The notes: generated by a model not told the origin, from the letters alone. A DNA stretch of 64,000 bases from Rebecca billardiae RCC1528 (GCA_965240325.2 OZ251245.1:186001-250000), one strand, 5' to 3'. Counted from the first letter of the stretch, positions 36,097 through 46,993 are shown. Program-made: numbers and translations.

Positions 36097-37072
36097 CTAT
36101 GTGCGAATCAAGGCCTATAAGGCTATATGGCCGGCCATGACCGATGATCGATTGGCCGCTAGGCGGCCATGGCCGATGGTTAGCGGTCGACCATCCATCT
36201 CTGGCCGATGGGTATTGGCCGATGGCCGTCCGGCGGCCGGACCGCCGTACTCGTAGGCCGCGCCGGACGGCACGGCCACGGCGCCGGCGCGTGATGGCCG
36301 CGTGAGCACGCCGCGCGGGCTGCAGCACTGTCCGACTCTGCACGGTCGTAGTTCGAGAGGGCGGCCCCGGGGCTCGGCCGACCCAACTGGTGGACTTGTT
36401 GAGCCCCAGTGGCGGTCTCGACCGAGCTTGGCAGGTGTGTGTGTGTGCCTGTGTGTGTTAATCTGATATACTATATATATATATCAGTTACTGCAGGCGA
36501 CTATGTCTATTGCGATGTATTTGCCGATTCTGCGCGCCGGCCCGGCGAGTGAAGGACGCGAGGTGCAGCAGGCGGCGAGCCCGGCGAGACTCCGAGGGCG
36601 AGTCAGCGGCCGCACCCGCGCCCGCGACCGCGCCCACGCCCGCGCCCACGACCCCTACTTCTGCCACAGCTCGCGCTTGCACTGCCAGCAGCGCTGCGGC
36701 ATCGTCTCACGCAGACCACGTCTGCCGACGCGGCGACTGCGGCAGCCTCGCGGCGAGCGGACCGGAGCGGTGGCTGCCGCAGCACAGTAGTCGGCTGCAA
36801 GCAGCTTCTGCGACGAGATCATGCCCGCCAGACAGAGTCAAGCCGACCTCGTTGGGGTACCATACGTTGACGTTCTGCAATCTGCCCGAGTGGTGAATAA
36901 TCTTTTGCCGAAAAAGAAAAAGGGGTGAATGAATACATATATATATATATATGTATGTATTAATTTATTCATTTATTCGTCGTAGTCGGCCACTGGCCGA
37001 TGAACGGGCAAAAGTGGGCATCCTGTGGCCGACGGGTTGGCCGACGCCCGTCGAGGCTTGATTCGCACACAG
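36097..37072. mobile_element. 976-bp MITE, deletion derivative of the same hAT-like family
   Basis: Same TIRs. Perfect 8-bp TSD TCGGAGCC (36089-36096, 37073-37080). The first ~800 bp resemble 30680-31445 and the last ~110 bp resemble 35270-35382. Confidence 0.93.
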
Positions 37073-37622
37073 TCGGAGCCGTCAGCCAAGCGCGAGCTCG
37101 TGCGCACGCCCGCGCCTCCGCGAGCTGACGGCACGGCCCGGGGCGCGAGCAGCTCGACGCCGACAGCGCGCAGCTCGCTCGAGTTGACGCGCAGCTTCTC
37201 GCCCGGCGGCGACTCCCAGTGGCGGCAACCATGACGTGCTTCGGGCAACGGCAATCCGTATGGCCAGGGCAAGCCAGGGTCACCGTGTACCTGCGCTCGT
37301 TGGGAGATGCGCGCGCATTGTCCCACCCACGCGAGCGCGTCAGCGAGCCCGTCGTCATCGGATGGTCCTCTATCTGCTTGGCCAGCTGACGTCCTCCGCG
37401 CGCCGGGCGCGGCTGCGACACCCGACATGGCCGCAGCTCACCGTTGGAGTCCGGGAACTTGAAAAAAAAAAGTTCAGCACGATGGAGTCCTCCGTGTTCG
37501 ACGTGACGACGCCTTCGAACACGTCGAGGCGTGAGAAGACGTCGATTACTTCGATGAGGACTACGTTACTTCGTCCGCCGCCCCGGAGATCTTTCGATTG
37601 GTACCCTCATCGCTCCCTGGCT

Positions 37623-38727
37623 CCCAGCGGATATCCCACTGCAACAGATAGGATCTGATCCTATGGCATAGGATGAGTTCACCAGAGCGCCAGCGGCTCA
37701 GTTTTGCGCATACGATCATCGGTGTTGCTATATCGTACACACACAACTCCACCGGCTGTCGACACACACCATCTCCGCCTGCCGCCACTGCCACGGCGGT
37801 CGCGCGCGCGCGCGCGCGACCGCGCGCGCGCGCGCGATCCTATGCCATAGGATCCGCGCCAGGGACGGCTACATAGGATCGGCATGACAGCGTCAGTTGC
37901 TCGCCCCTGGCAGCCGAGCGGCGACCCTGGGCACGGACGGCGCCGGCGGGTGCTCGCACCGGATGCCCGCGCTGCCGCCCGCACCGCCGCCCACGCCGCC
38001 AGGCGCGTTGCTGCCCGTGGCACACCGATTCTGGGGCGGGGCGAAGAGAGGGCAACCGCCATCGTGCGTGCGGCCACGGACCTTCCACGATGGTGGCGGC
38101 CGTCCTTGTGGACCACAGCCCACGAATCCAAGAGCGTGCGGGTCGAGCGTCGCGTAAATCGACTGCGGCATACGCATGGCGTGTCTACAGGTGCGATACC
38201 ATCCACGCACGCGGCATGGCAAGATGTTCCGGCTACCTCCGAGGCTTGCTCAACATGCGCGCCGATGCTCGATCGCAACCACCTGACGACGCGAGCGACC
38301 CGCAGCGGCTTGCGCACGCAGCCCCGGCGTGACGTACAATGCCATGCTTGGCGAGGACCAAAACGCATTGTGGATGAACCTCGTACGGCTCCGGTCGAAC
38401 ACAGTGAACCGCGATGTGTGAGCATCAATCTGGGTGTCATCTACAAGTGCCACATGTCGGTCGGCGTTGCCGCCGTGGAGTCGCAAGGCGGCAGCGACCG
38501 CGACGGCTTCACGCGCTCCATCCGTGGAGCCCAAAACATGCGGTGGTGGTCGAAAATCACAACAAGCTCGCTCTGGCGGATGGTGGCGACACTGCTACCG
38601 ACCCCTAGGTGCAGTCGTACCATTCGGCAACATGAGAAAATGTCGTCTGCTGAGTCGTCCCTGGGGCCATCCTATGCCATAGGATTGAATCCTATGGGAT
38701 AGGATCGCAGTGGGATATCCGCCAGGG
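37623..38727. mobile_element. ~1.1-kb TIR element with palindromic subterminal repeats
   Basis: CCC(A/TG)GCGGATATCCCACTGC is inverted at the two ends. ATCCTATG-N-CATAGGAT-type palindromes near 37658, 37837, 38669 and 38689. No TSD found. Confidence 0.7.
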
Positions 38728-39140
38728 GTTCGACTAAATGCACCCCCCCCATAGGGTCAGTGGACGTCCCTGACTGTGGCTGGAGCCGCCTGCTGCCCAT
38801 TATTTTGCAACAGCACGCCTCGGAGCAGACTACAATTACATCAGTCATCACTACATTGATTATTTATATATATAAATAAATCAAATATGATTAATGTGAG
38901 TCCTAAGAAACTGAGACTGCGTAGACGCTCGGGCTACCGAACGGCTAAGAACCGAGGCTAGCGCCGTGAGATCTCTGACTTCTTATTGCCCGCGATTGCC
39001 GCGCCTGTATACATGTCGGATCATGCCGGGCAGCCGGCGGGCGCCGCAGACCTGGGAGTGCCCGCGACGGAGTCCGCCGACCGTGCGAGCCGGCTCGGAC
39101 CGTCAGATCTGATCACTGCTGTCGTCTGCTAAGGTCTATA

Positions 39141-39843
39141 TATGTGGCTGAGTCAGTTTAAAATCCCCTTTTTAGTGCAGGGGTCGCGATCCGAGTTAGC
39201 TAGCCTACCCGAAGCGCCTCGTCGAGAGGAGCACGTAGAGCCCAAGAACGTCGACGAAGGACGAAAAATGGGCGAGAAAATCCATTTTTTTGAATTTCTG
39301 AGAAGTTTGAGTCAGATTGGATCTGAGACGGCTCCAGCCTGAGCCGCGCAGCGCGCGGCAGCGCGCGCGCGCTGGGCCGGGGCGCCGGGGCGGCCAGCGC
39401 GTCAAGAGGTCACGGCGCAGCTAGAGACGCATGTCGCTGCCGCACCCACTGGCGCAGCTTGCTCAGTGCATCCTGTCAGGCCTGTAGGCAGCGTGTCTGG
39501 CGCTTGTCGAGGCCGGCATCACTCGACGCCGATCACGTGAGCCGCTCCGTGCCGCGAGCCGAGCTGCTGCATGACTCACCTCGTCCAACATGCCGCATGT
39601 CGGCGGTGCTGCTCGCTACGATCACCTCCCTGCTGACTCGGCTGCGACCGAGCCCATCCAGTTGGCTCCGATCACCGCAGCTCGCCCACCGGGACGGCCG
39701 ACCGCAGGCATGCTGGCAACCGCACGGGCCACTCTGAGCTTTGCAGATGAGTCAGCGGGTTTCGACTTTCTTTGGCCGGGCTTTGCGCGGAAAAAGTTTC
39801 CCTTCGCCGAAGGGGAATTTAAACTGAATGACTCAGCCACATA
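39141..39843. mobile_element. ~700-bp MITE flanked by TA (Tc1/mariner-like target)
   Basis: ~30-bp imperfect TIR TATGTGGCTGAGTCAGTTTAAAATCCCCTT / AAGGGGAATTTAAACTGAATGACTCAGCCACATA, with TATA on both sides. Confidence 0.8.
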
Positions 39844-40081
39844 TATATCGGAGTCTAATCCGAGTGAGAGAGACAGAGTCCGTCGTCTTCGGTAGTCCGA
39901 CAGGGCGGCGACAGGCCGCCGTGCCGCCAGGCGTGCGCCGGCGCGGCCGGCACTGGTAGGGCGCCGTTCTGCCTGCGCCTGGTTAGTGGTTGCGGGCCGT
40001 AGCTAGTGCGCGATTGGGGCGCACTGCCGTGCGCGCGCACTCCGCCCGCCGCCCGCGTAAGGCGCGTTGCCCGCCTGCCCG

Positions 40082-40918
40082 TCAGTCCACGACGGGCACC
40101 ACGCCGCGCGCCTCCCATGCATAGTCCGGCCCGTAGTCGAAGCACAGCTCCTCACCCGCACGGACGGCGCGCGTCGTGTAGAAGGCGACGCGTGAGACTG
40201 CGCCGAATGGCCACCACGGCGCGTGGAGCACGTCGCGGCGCACGTTGGCGCGGCGCGCGGGCGCGTGGTTCATCTTGTGCACCGCTCCCGAGCTCGCCCG
40301 CCGCTCCGCCTCGCCGCCTGGCTCCGTGTAATAGCGCGGGTCTGCGTCCAAATACTCGTCAGAGCTGAGCGCAAACACATACTCGGTCAACCCGTCTGGG
40401 TAACGGCGGAGCAGCGCGCGCTCGTCGAGCCGCTCGCCGGGGTAGATGCCAACGAGTGCGTCACGCTCGATGTCGCCCGTGGCGAACAGCCCGTCGCCCT
40501 TCCCGCTGCCCGCTGCCCGGACCGCCGTCAGCCCACGCCCGTACGCGTTGGACCGCTCGGGCGCGTCATCGGCTGCGATCCGGCCGCCGAGCCACGCGCC
40601 GTAGCCAAGCGCCGGGGCGGCGGCAGCGGCGGCGATCTGAGGTCCATGCTCGATCAGCGTGCGCCCCAGCGCGCCGTCGAACACGTCGGGACTCGCTTCG
40701 CCCGCAACGAGCGCGCCGCTGACAGCGAGCGCGCCGACCGCGAGGCCCGCTGAGCGCACGCGACGGCGCGCGTCGACCTCAGCGATGTCGATGAGCGGCG
40801 GACGGGGCGAGGGCGGCGTGGTGGGCCGATTTGGTGCGAGCGCGTCCGCCGCACGCGGCGCGAGCGTCGCCGCCGTCGCGGCAAGCAGGAGGGCGTGCCA
40901 GCGCAGCGGAGCCGCCAT
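40082..40918 (-). CDS. SET-domain lysine methyltransferase with signal-like N-terminus
   Basis: GKGDGLFA, HKMNHA and VRAGEELCFDYG SET motifs. Start taken at MAAPLRWHALLLAATAA. Confidence 0.9.
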   Translation of the reverse strand: MAAPLRWHALLLAATAATLAPRAADALAPNRPTTPPSPRPPLIDIAEVDARRRVRSAGLAVGALAVSGALVAGEASPDVFDGALGRTLIEHGPQIAAAAAAPALGYGAWLGGRIAADDAPERSNAYGRGLTAVRAAGSGKGDGLFATGDIERDALVGIYPGERLDERALLRRYPDGLTEYVFALSSDEYLDADPRYYTEPGGEAERRASSGAVHKMNHAPARRANVRRDVLHAPWWPFGAVSRVAFYTTRAVRAGEELCFDYGPDYAWEARGVVPVVD

Positions 40919-41020
40919 CGTCATCTGCAGTTTGCCAGTCAGCTCTCCAGAGTGCAAAACCAAGTGTGCACGTTCTGTAGTCATAATTATGACCCGCGTC
41001 AAAGATTCATCACGACAACC

Positions 41021-42175
41021 ATGGAGACGGTGCCGTTGGCAGTGGCGCGGAGGCGTGCACTGCGCCGTGATTCGACGCCCATTGGCCTCACCGTAATGGT
41101 GCTCGTCGTCCAATCACTCGCCCCCTGTGTATTCGCTGCGTCGCATGCCGGCTGCAACACGTCAGCGACGAGGACGGCATGGCGCGACGTACAGATTGAT
41201 ATCGCCGTTGTCGGTATGCCCAAAGCCGGCACCACCTATGTGCGGAATGTCTTGGCAAGGCATCCATGGGTTGCGTGCCCGAACATGGTGCTTGGCGAGA
41301 GCGACATTTGCTCGGAAGAGACGGCTGGTCTACCACTAAGGTATTCCTCCCACCCGCCCAACGACTTTGTGAGCCGCATGTGCGCGACAGCCGCAACGGC
41401 CAAGGCTTCTGGCAGTGCAAGGAGGCGCGTGGTGATCGGCGACCCGCTGTATCTGAACGCTGTTCAGCATATGAAGCCGTACGGCAGCCTTGCGCAGATA
41501 CCCTCGGCTCGCGCCATCGCGTGCATACGCGAGCCGATCGCGTGGCTGGAGTCGGCCCGCAACCACGTGGCCAAGCAATACTTTGCCGGAAAGATTCATC
41601 GTGTTGAGAGGAGGGCACTGCTGCCGGCAGGCTGTCCAGCGAATCACACGCCCTCGATCCCTCCGTCGCTCGCCGGCTTCGCGCTCGGCTGCAGGTGGGC
41701 CTGGCTCGGCCGCCAGATGTACTTCGACCTGCCACGCCAGCTGCAGCACGTGATGCTTGGAAAAGACATGGACGCAGCGGAGGCGCTCCAGCGCGTGATT
41801 GTGGTCAGCCTAGAGGCGACCACGCACGACCGCGTGGGCACGTGGCTGGGGCTCACGAGGTGGCTCGGCCTTAAGGACGCGCCCTCCGTTGCGGAGCGGC
41901 CACGTGACATCCCGAGCAACCGACGCCCGAGCGGAGCCCGCTGGTTGCAGTCTTGGTGCGAGGACGTGAGCGCGGACGTGCGCGCTGCTGTGCACGGCGA
42001 CTTCCAGCGCGCGTACAGCGCAGCATTGGGCTTCATCAACAGCCGCATGCCACACAGCCTTCTTTCGCCGAGCCAGGCGGCCGGCGAGGCTCGTATGATG
42101 GCATGCGCGGTATTACCATCAGGGGAATTGACGGAGCACCCAGGAGCAGTCTCCGACCAGTCCGTGTCATATTGA
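41021..42175 (+). CDS. PAPS-dependent sulfotransferase, probable type II membrane
   Basis: 5'-PSB VGMPKAGTT..LARHP; 3'-PB IREPIAWLES; N-terminal hydrophobic anchor PIGLTVMVLVVQSL; intronless. Confidence 0.85.
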   Translation: METVPLAVARRRALRRDSTPIGLTVMVLVVQSLAPCVFAASHAGCNTSATRTAWRDVQIDIAVVGMPKAGTTYVRNVLARHPWVACPNMVLGESDICSEETAGLPLRYSSHPPNDFVSRMCATAATAKASGSARRRVVIGDPLYLNAVQHMKPYGSLAQIPSARAIACIREPIAWLESARNHVAKQYFAGKIHRVERRALLPAGCPANHTPSIPPSLAGFALGCRWAWLGRQMYFDLPRQLQHVMLGKDMDAAEALQRVIVVSLEATTHDRVGTWLGLTRWLGLKDAPSVAERPRDIPSNRRPSGARWLQSWCEDVSADVRAAVHGDFQRAYSAALGFINSRMPHSLLSPSQAAGEARMMACAVLPSGELTEHPGAVSDQSVSY

Positions 42176-42514
42176 CAGTGGCTTCCCGCCCGTGATGAGC
42201 ACCTCGACCTCGTTGAGTCGTCGTGTCCGGCCGTGGACGAGGGCCCTTCAGCAGACGACTACTAGTAGTACTACTGCTTATTACTACAGTCGTATATATA
42301 TATTTACGCGTACTGCGCGGCGGATCGAGGTCGACGCGCGGCGGTGGGTCACGTGAGGTCGTGACGGGCACATGCCATCGGGCAGGCTCGCTAGCCGGCT
42401 AACTAGCTCAGATCGTCGCGACCACTGCAGCACCAAAAAGTGCTGCGTTTCTAACTGACTCAGCCACATATATCGCATCAGGCGCAGCAGTGGCGGTGCC
42501 TCAGCGCGACGTGC

Positions 42515-45500
42515 TCAGTCCAAGGCGACGGACGACACGTGCGGCAGGCCGGTCACGCGGGCTGCGCGACGGGGCGCCGTACCGGCGCGGTCGGCCGCAT
42601 CGAGCAGCGGAGCGCGCCTCTCGTCATCTGCCATCTCGTCTGCGGACGCGTCCGCGGCGCCTGCAGCCGCCCCTTCGGCGCGGCGTCGCTCTCGCAGCAG
42701 CCAGTCGCAGCGCCACCCGCCGAGCTCGAGAGCAGACGAGGCGAGTAGCGGCAGCGTGCACGCCGCAAGCAGCAGGTTCACACTCGAGAAGCCGCGCGAC
42801 ACGGCGAGCGCGCCGAGCGGGTACTGCAGCGAGCCGACGGCCGCGACGAGCAGGTTCACCGTCGCCGAGAGCTTGCCGTAGTTGAGGAAGCCGAACTGCT
42901 TCGCCACCGCCGCAAAGTAGGTCGAGTAGAGGAACTGCTGCGAGAGGGCGACCAGTGAGAACGCGAATCTGAGCGCGCCCACGGAGCGAGTGCAGAGCAG
43001 CACGCCGTAGGCGACGCCTACCACGTCCACGAGGACGTACGACGCCGCGGTCGGCCGCGCGTCGAGCAGCCAGCCAATCAGCGGCAGCCCCAAGAACCCG
43101 AACGGCAGCAGCGCCATGAACTCCGAGCCCAGCCGCGCCGCGCGCGCGCGCTCCGCGGGCGCGCCGTGGCCAAATTTGCGATCGAGCTGCTGCACAACTG
43201 TGCCAAGCACGAAGTTCAGGCTGGCAGCGCGCACGCGGGAGCGGGGACGGGGGCGGGCGGGCGGGCGGGCAGCGCCGGTGCCGAGCGTGCCGCGCGGGAG
43301 GGCGGGCGTGCGCGGTGGCGGCGTGTGAGACTCGCGGGCAGACGCGCTCGGCGCGCCGCCGCGCGCGGTGCGCACGCACAGGCGCGCGCAGGCACGCGGC
43401 GCGCATTCACACCGGAGCGCATGGAGTGAGGTAAAGGCTGCGAGGTGGGCGAATTGGCGCGTGCGGAGCTGGCGGCGGAAGGGCAGCGCCTGCAGCCGCG
43501 TCACCATGCGCCGCGCCGCGCCGCCGTCCTCGTCGTCGCTGCCCGCCGTCGGGTCCGCCAGCTCGTGCCCAGCCATGTCGCCGCACTCCGCGGCAGCATG
43601 GCCGCCGCTGCAAGCGGCAGCATGGCCGCCGCTGCAATCATCGCCGGCGCCGAGCGCATGTGCCTCGCTGCCGGCGCCGACCGCTTGGTTCGGCTGGTGG
43701 GCCGCGGCGCCTCCGCCGTCCTCCTCGGCTGAGCGCGGGACGGGGCGGAGAGCGTCGCGGCCTCGGCCGCCTTCGCCGCCTTCGCCACCGCTGCCGCCAC
43801 GGCTGATGGGAGAAGGCGGCTCGCGCGGCGGCGCGGCCGAGCCTGCCTCCTCGGCCGCGCCGCCGCCCCCGCCCACTGCCTCCGGTGAACGGCCAGCGCC
43901 GTCGCCGGCGCTGCCGTCGGCTGCGTGAGCTCCGGGCGGCAGCAGCGGCGGCGGCAGCCTGGCGCTCCACGGCAGCGTCGGCTGCGTCTCCGCCCGCCGC
44001 GGCCCAGCGTGCGCCGCGCCCTCGCCGCCCTCCATGCCCTCAGCTCGGTCCAAGCGCCGCGCGCTGTCCGGGCCAAAGGGCGAGGCCTGAGCACTGCCTG
44101 GCATGGGCAGGCTGTTGGACATGGGTACGATGGGGAGGGCGGGGAGCGTGGCGCGCTGCGCGCGCGCCAGCCGAGGCCCTGACGTGCGGCGCGCGGGGAG
44201 CCCGCCCCTGGAGAGCGCCAGGGCCGACGCCCACTCTGGCAGTGTGGCCAGCTCAGCTAAGTGCCGTCGCGCAAGTCGGCGCGCGAGCGCGTCTGCCGCG
44301 GCGGTGCCGTGTGTGCCCGGACCGTGGAAGGGCGCGGTGCCGCTGCGCTGTCGGCGCACGCCCGGGCGCCGCGCGCCGCGCGCGCCCGGCTGCGGCCCAT
44401 ACTCCGACTCCGAGTGCGAGCGATGGATCCGAAGCGGCGGGCGGTCGCCTTGCCTGCTCTCGCCGTCGCCGGCTGTGACTCGCCGTGCGCCGAGCTCAGA
44501 ACCGAACTCTCCGCCGTCCCCGGACTCGCCAAAGGCGTCTCCCGCCTCCGAGGAGGTCGGCGTGGGCGGCGGCAGGAGCGGCTGCTCCAGGTCCAGCCCC
44601 GGCTCGTCGTGCGCGCGCGCGAGCACACGGCTCACGCCCTCCTGGCGCGCTGCGGCCCCAACGCTCGCACCGCCCGCACCCTGCGCGGTGGCGCCGCGCG
44701 GCGGAGCAGTCTGAGCAGCGGACGCAGCGGGCGAATGCGCCGAGCGCGGCGGCGGCGTGCACGATGGCCCTGTGCTCAGGCCGGCGAGGCCGTCGGCGCC
44801 ACGGCCGGTAGCCGCCTCGCCGCCGGCCGGCGCCCATCCCACCGCTCGCGCCAGCCAGCGCCGGAGCCCAGCCGCTCGGCCGCCGCCGCCCGCCGCCGTC
44901 GCCGCCTCAGCACTGCCCGCAGGCCGCGCGTGCGCCGAGCCGTCCTCGCCCTCGCCCTCCTCCTCGCCCTCCTCCTCCTCCTCGTCGTCGTCCGCCCGCA
45001 GCGCGCAGTCCGGCCACAGCGCCTGCCCGCTCCCCAGGATCGCCGCGCCCACGAGCGCGTACGCAGCGAAGAGCAGGGCGAGCGGCGCGCCGCGCGCGTG
45101 CGCGGCAGCAAACGCGCTGAAGACGCATTCTGACACGTTGAAGAGGGCGGCGAAGAGCGAGAGCACGCCGGCGGACGCGCGCGGCACGAGCGCCGCGAGC
45201 TGGTACGCCGGCATCTGGATGCCCGGGCCGCCCACGCCGAGGAGCAGGTACCCGCCCAGCAGCGCGTAACCGCCGAAGTAACGGTCGACCACGCCCAGCC
45301 AGCCGCTCGGCGCGGGCGCGGCCGGCGCCGCGCGTGGCGCGTACGCGGCTGGCAGCAGCCCCAGTGCGAGCAGCAGCGCGCCGCCGATCAGCAGCAGCGC
45401 CGCCAGCCGGTTGCACGCGCGCGGGCCGTGCCGGTCGAGCAGCGCGCCGAACAGGCAATTCGACACGTTGTTCCCGAACGTGCCCACGGTGAACATCAGG

Positions 45501-46879
45501 TTGAGCCGCAGCGCGCGGGCGTCGCACATCCTGCCCCGCCTGCTGCCCGCGGCGCCGCCCGCCAGCGCGCCGGCCCACGCCGAGCCCGGCCCCGTGCCGC
45601 TCGGCCCCGCGCCGAGCGGGTGGTCGGCATGCCCCGCCGGCGCCCCGTCCGGGCACAGCGCGGCGAACGCGCCCTCCCGGACCAGCAGCGGCTCGAGCGC
45701 CGCCCACCCAAACACAAGCCCGGCGGACAGCGCGACGTGAGCGCAGGCCACGCTGAGCAATAGCGCGACGCGCGTGCGCGAGGGCTTCTCGCACTCGTCC
45801 TCGGCCGCGCCCGCGCCGCCGTCCAGGGCCTCCACCTCCGCCGCCGTCCGATGCACCGCCGCCGACGCCTTGAGCGCGCCGCTCACCGCCGACGCCGCGC
45901 CGATCGACGTGTGCAGCGGCGTGGACGGCAGTGTCTGCAACATAGCCTCCAACCGCGACGCGGCGCGCGCGCGATACAACGACGAGCCCGCGGTCGAGCT
46001 CGGCGAGCGCTCGCGGTGCAGCCGCGGTGGGGCTCGCGCGAGGCCCTCGCTGACCGCCGCCGCCGCCGCCGCCGCCGTCGCCGCGAGCGTGCGCGGCGTG
46101 AGAGGTGCCACGGTCGTCGGCACGGCTGCCGACGTGAACCCAGTGAGCACACGCAGCGAGGCGGTGGAGGCGTGCTCGAGCGCGGGCGACATGCCCTCCG
46201 AGCGCGGCGAGCCGTGCTCGTCCGGCGTGGCGCCCAGCGAGAGCTCGTCGAGCGAGCGCGAGCCGCGAGAGCGAGCGCCCGCGGCAGCCGCCGCAGCAGC
46301 AGCAGCCGCGGCGGTGGTGGCAGCCGGAGCAGTGCCGCCGTTCGAGGGAAGGGCTCGGGCGGCGGCGTCGGCGGCGCTCGGCGCCGCCTCGCACGAGGCA
46401 CGCCGCTCGCTCGGAGGCGAGTCGATCTGGGCCGCCGCGCGCCACGCCAGCGCGTCCACGTCCACAGCGCTCAGGTACACGACGGACTCGCCGGCACCGC
46501 CGTGCGTGGCGGCGCATTCGACAGCGCTCCAAAGCGTGCGCCTCCACAATGCCTCCTCCGCCGCGCTCGATGCGATGAAGGTGTACGTGCGCCGCTCGCT
46601 GCGAGTGCCTCGGGGCGACGACGGCGCCCCACGGGGCGAGGACGGCCTCGTCGGGCACAGCACCAGCCGGAGCGAGTGCGCGGGCGCGCCGGCAGTCGCG
46701 CCGAGCACGCACGCGCATTCGCGCAGTGGGATGGCGGTGCCGACGTCGTCTACGCGGCCGGCGGTGGTGTGCGAGCGGTAGTAGGTCAGTGTGCCGGCAC
46801 CCGCATCGACCACGACGTACCGCCGCTTGCGCGTGCCGTACGGGTGCGTCGGCTCCTTGTGGAGGTAGCCGCGCAACAT
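42515..46879 (-). CDS. PH domain fused to SLC43/LAT3/FMP42-type MFS transporter (~1390 aa)
   Basis: PH: LRGYLHK..RKRRYVVV..LTYY..IPL..YTFIASSAAEEALWRRTL. MFS: AGLVFGWAALEPLLVREGAF..C..LNLMFTVG..GALLDRHGPR, LRLNFVLG (after intron 43221-43412), GWLLD, FGFLNYGKL. Confidence 0.85.
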   Translation of the reverse strand: MLRGYLHKEPTHPYGTRKRRYVVVDAGAGTLTYYRSHTTAGRVDDVGTAIPLRECACVLGATAGAPAHSLRLVLCPTRPSSPRGAPSSPRGTRSERRTYTFIASSAAEEALWRRTLWSAVECAATHGGAGESVVYLSAVDVDALAWRAAAQIDSPPSERRASCEAAPSAADAAARALPSNGGTAPAATTAAAAAAAAAAAGARSRGSRSLDELSLGATPDEHGSPRSEGMSPALEHASTASLRVLTGFTSAAVPTTVAPLTPRTLAATAAAAAAAVSEGLARAPPRLHRERSPSSTAGSSLYRARAASRLEAMLQTLPSTPLHTSIGAASAVSGALKASAAVHRTAAEVEALDGGAGAAEDECEKPSRTRVALLLSVACAHVALSAGLVFGWAALEPLLVREGAFAALCPDGAPAGHADHPLGAGPSGTGPGSAWAGALAGGAAGSRRGRMCDARALRLNLMFTVGTFGNNVSNCLFGALLDRHGPRACNRLAALLLIGGALLLALGLLPAAYAPRAAPAAPAPSGWLGVVDRYFGGYALLGGYLLLGVGGPGIQMPAYQLAALVPRASAGVLSLFAALFNVSECVFSAFAAAHARGAPLALLFAAYALVGAAILGSGQALWPDCALRADDDEEEEEGEEEGEGEDGSAHARPAGSAEAATAAGGGGRAAGLRRWLARAVGWAPAGGEAATGRGADGLAGLSTGPSCTPPPRSAHSPAASAAQTAPPRGATAQGAGGASVGAAARQEGVSRVLARAHDEPGLDLEQPLLPPPTPTSSEAGDAFGESGDGGEFGSELGARRVTAGDGESRQGDRPPLRIHRSHSESEYGPQPGARGARRPGVRRQRSGTAPFHGPGTHGTAAADALARRLARRHLAELATLPEWASALALSRGGLPARRTSGPRLARAQRATLPALPIVPMSNSLPMPGSAQASPFGPDSARRLDRAEGMEGGEGAAHAGPRRAETQPTLPWSARLPPPLLPPGAHAADGSAGDGAGRSPEAVGGGGGAAEEAGSAAPPREPPSPISRGGSGGEGGEGGRGRDALRPVPRSAEEDGGGAAAHQPNQAVGAGSEAHALGAGDDCSGGHAAACSGGHAAAECGDMAGHELADPTAGSDDEDGGAARRMVTRLQALPFRRQLRTRQFAHLAAFTSLHALRCECAPRACARLCVRTARGGAPSASARESHTPPPRTPALPRGTLGTGAARPPARPRPRSRVRAASLNFVLGTVVQQLDRKFGHGAPAERARAARLGSEFMALLPFGFLGLPLIGWLLDARPTAASYVLVDVVGVAYGVLLCTRSVGALRFAFSLVALSQQFLYSTYFAAVAKQFGFLNYGKLSATVNLLVAAVGSLQYPLGALAVSRGFSSVNLLLAACTLPLLASSALELGGWRCDWLLRERRRAEGAAAGAADASADEMADDERRAPLLDAADRAGTAPRRAARVTGLPHVSSVALD

Positions 46880-46993
46880 CGCGTCGCCGCCATAAGCCGA
46901 GGGTCCAGGGACAAGGTCGGTCGGTGGCACAGTGGGCAGCCCGCTTGCGCTCGCCACTCGCCCAACAGCTCGACCCGCCGCCATTCTGCGATC

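Larger units (their letters stand above)
30633..38778. mobile_element. Outer TIR element (CAC..GTG termini) hosting nested insertions
   Basis: Left end CACTGTCCGGGACGTCCA..GGGGTGCATTT matches the reverse complement of the right end CACAGTCAGGGACGTCCA..GGGGTGCATTTA. No clean TSD (GGT vs GCT). Confidence 0.6.

Noticed and set aside
30680-36900. ~780-bp direct repeats read as LTRs
   Set aside because: Each is the left arm of a separate TIR element with its own 8-bp TSD. No PBS or PPT.
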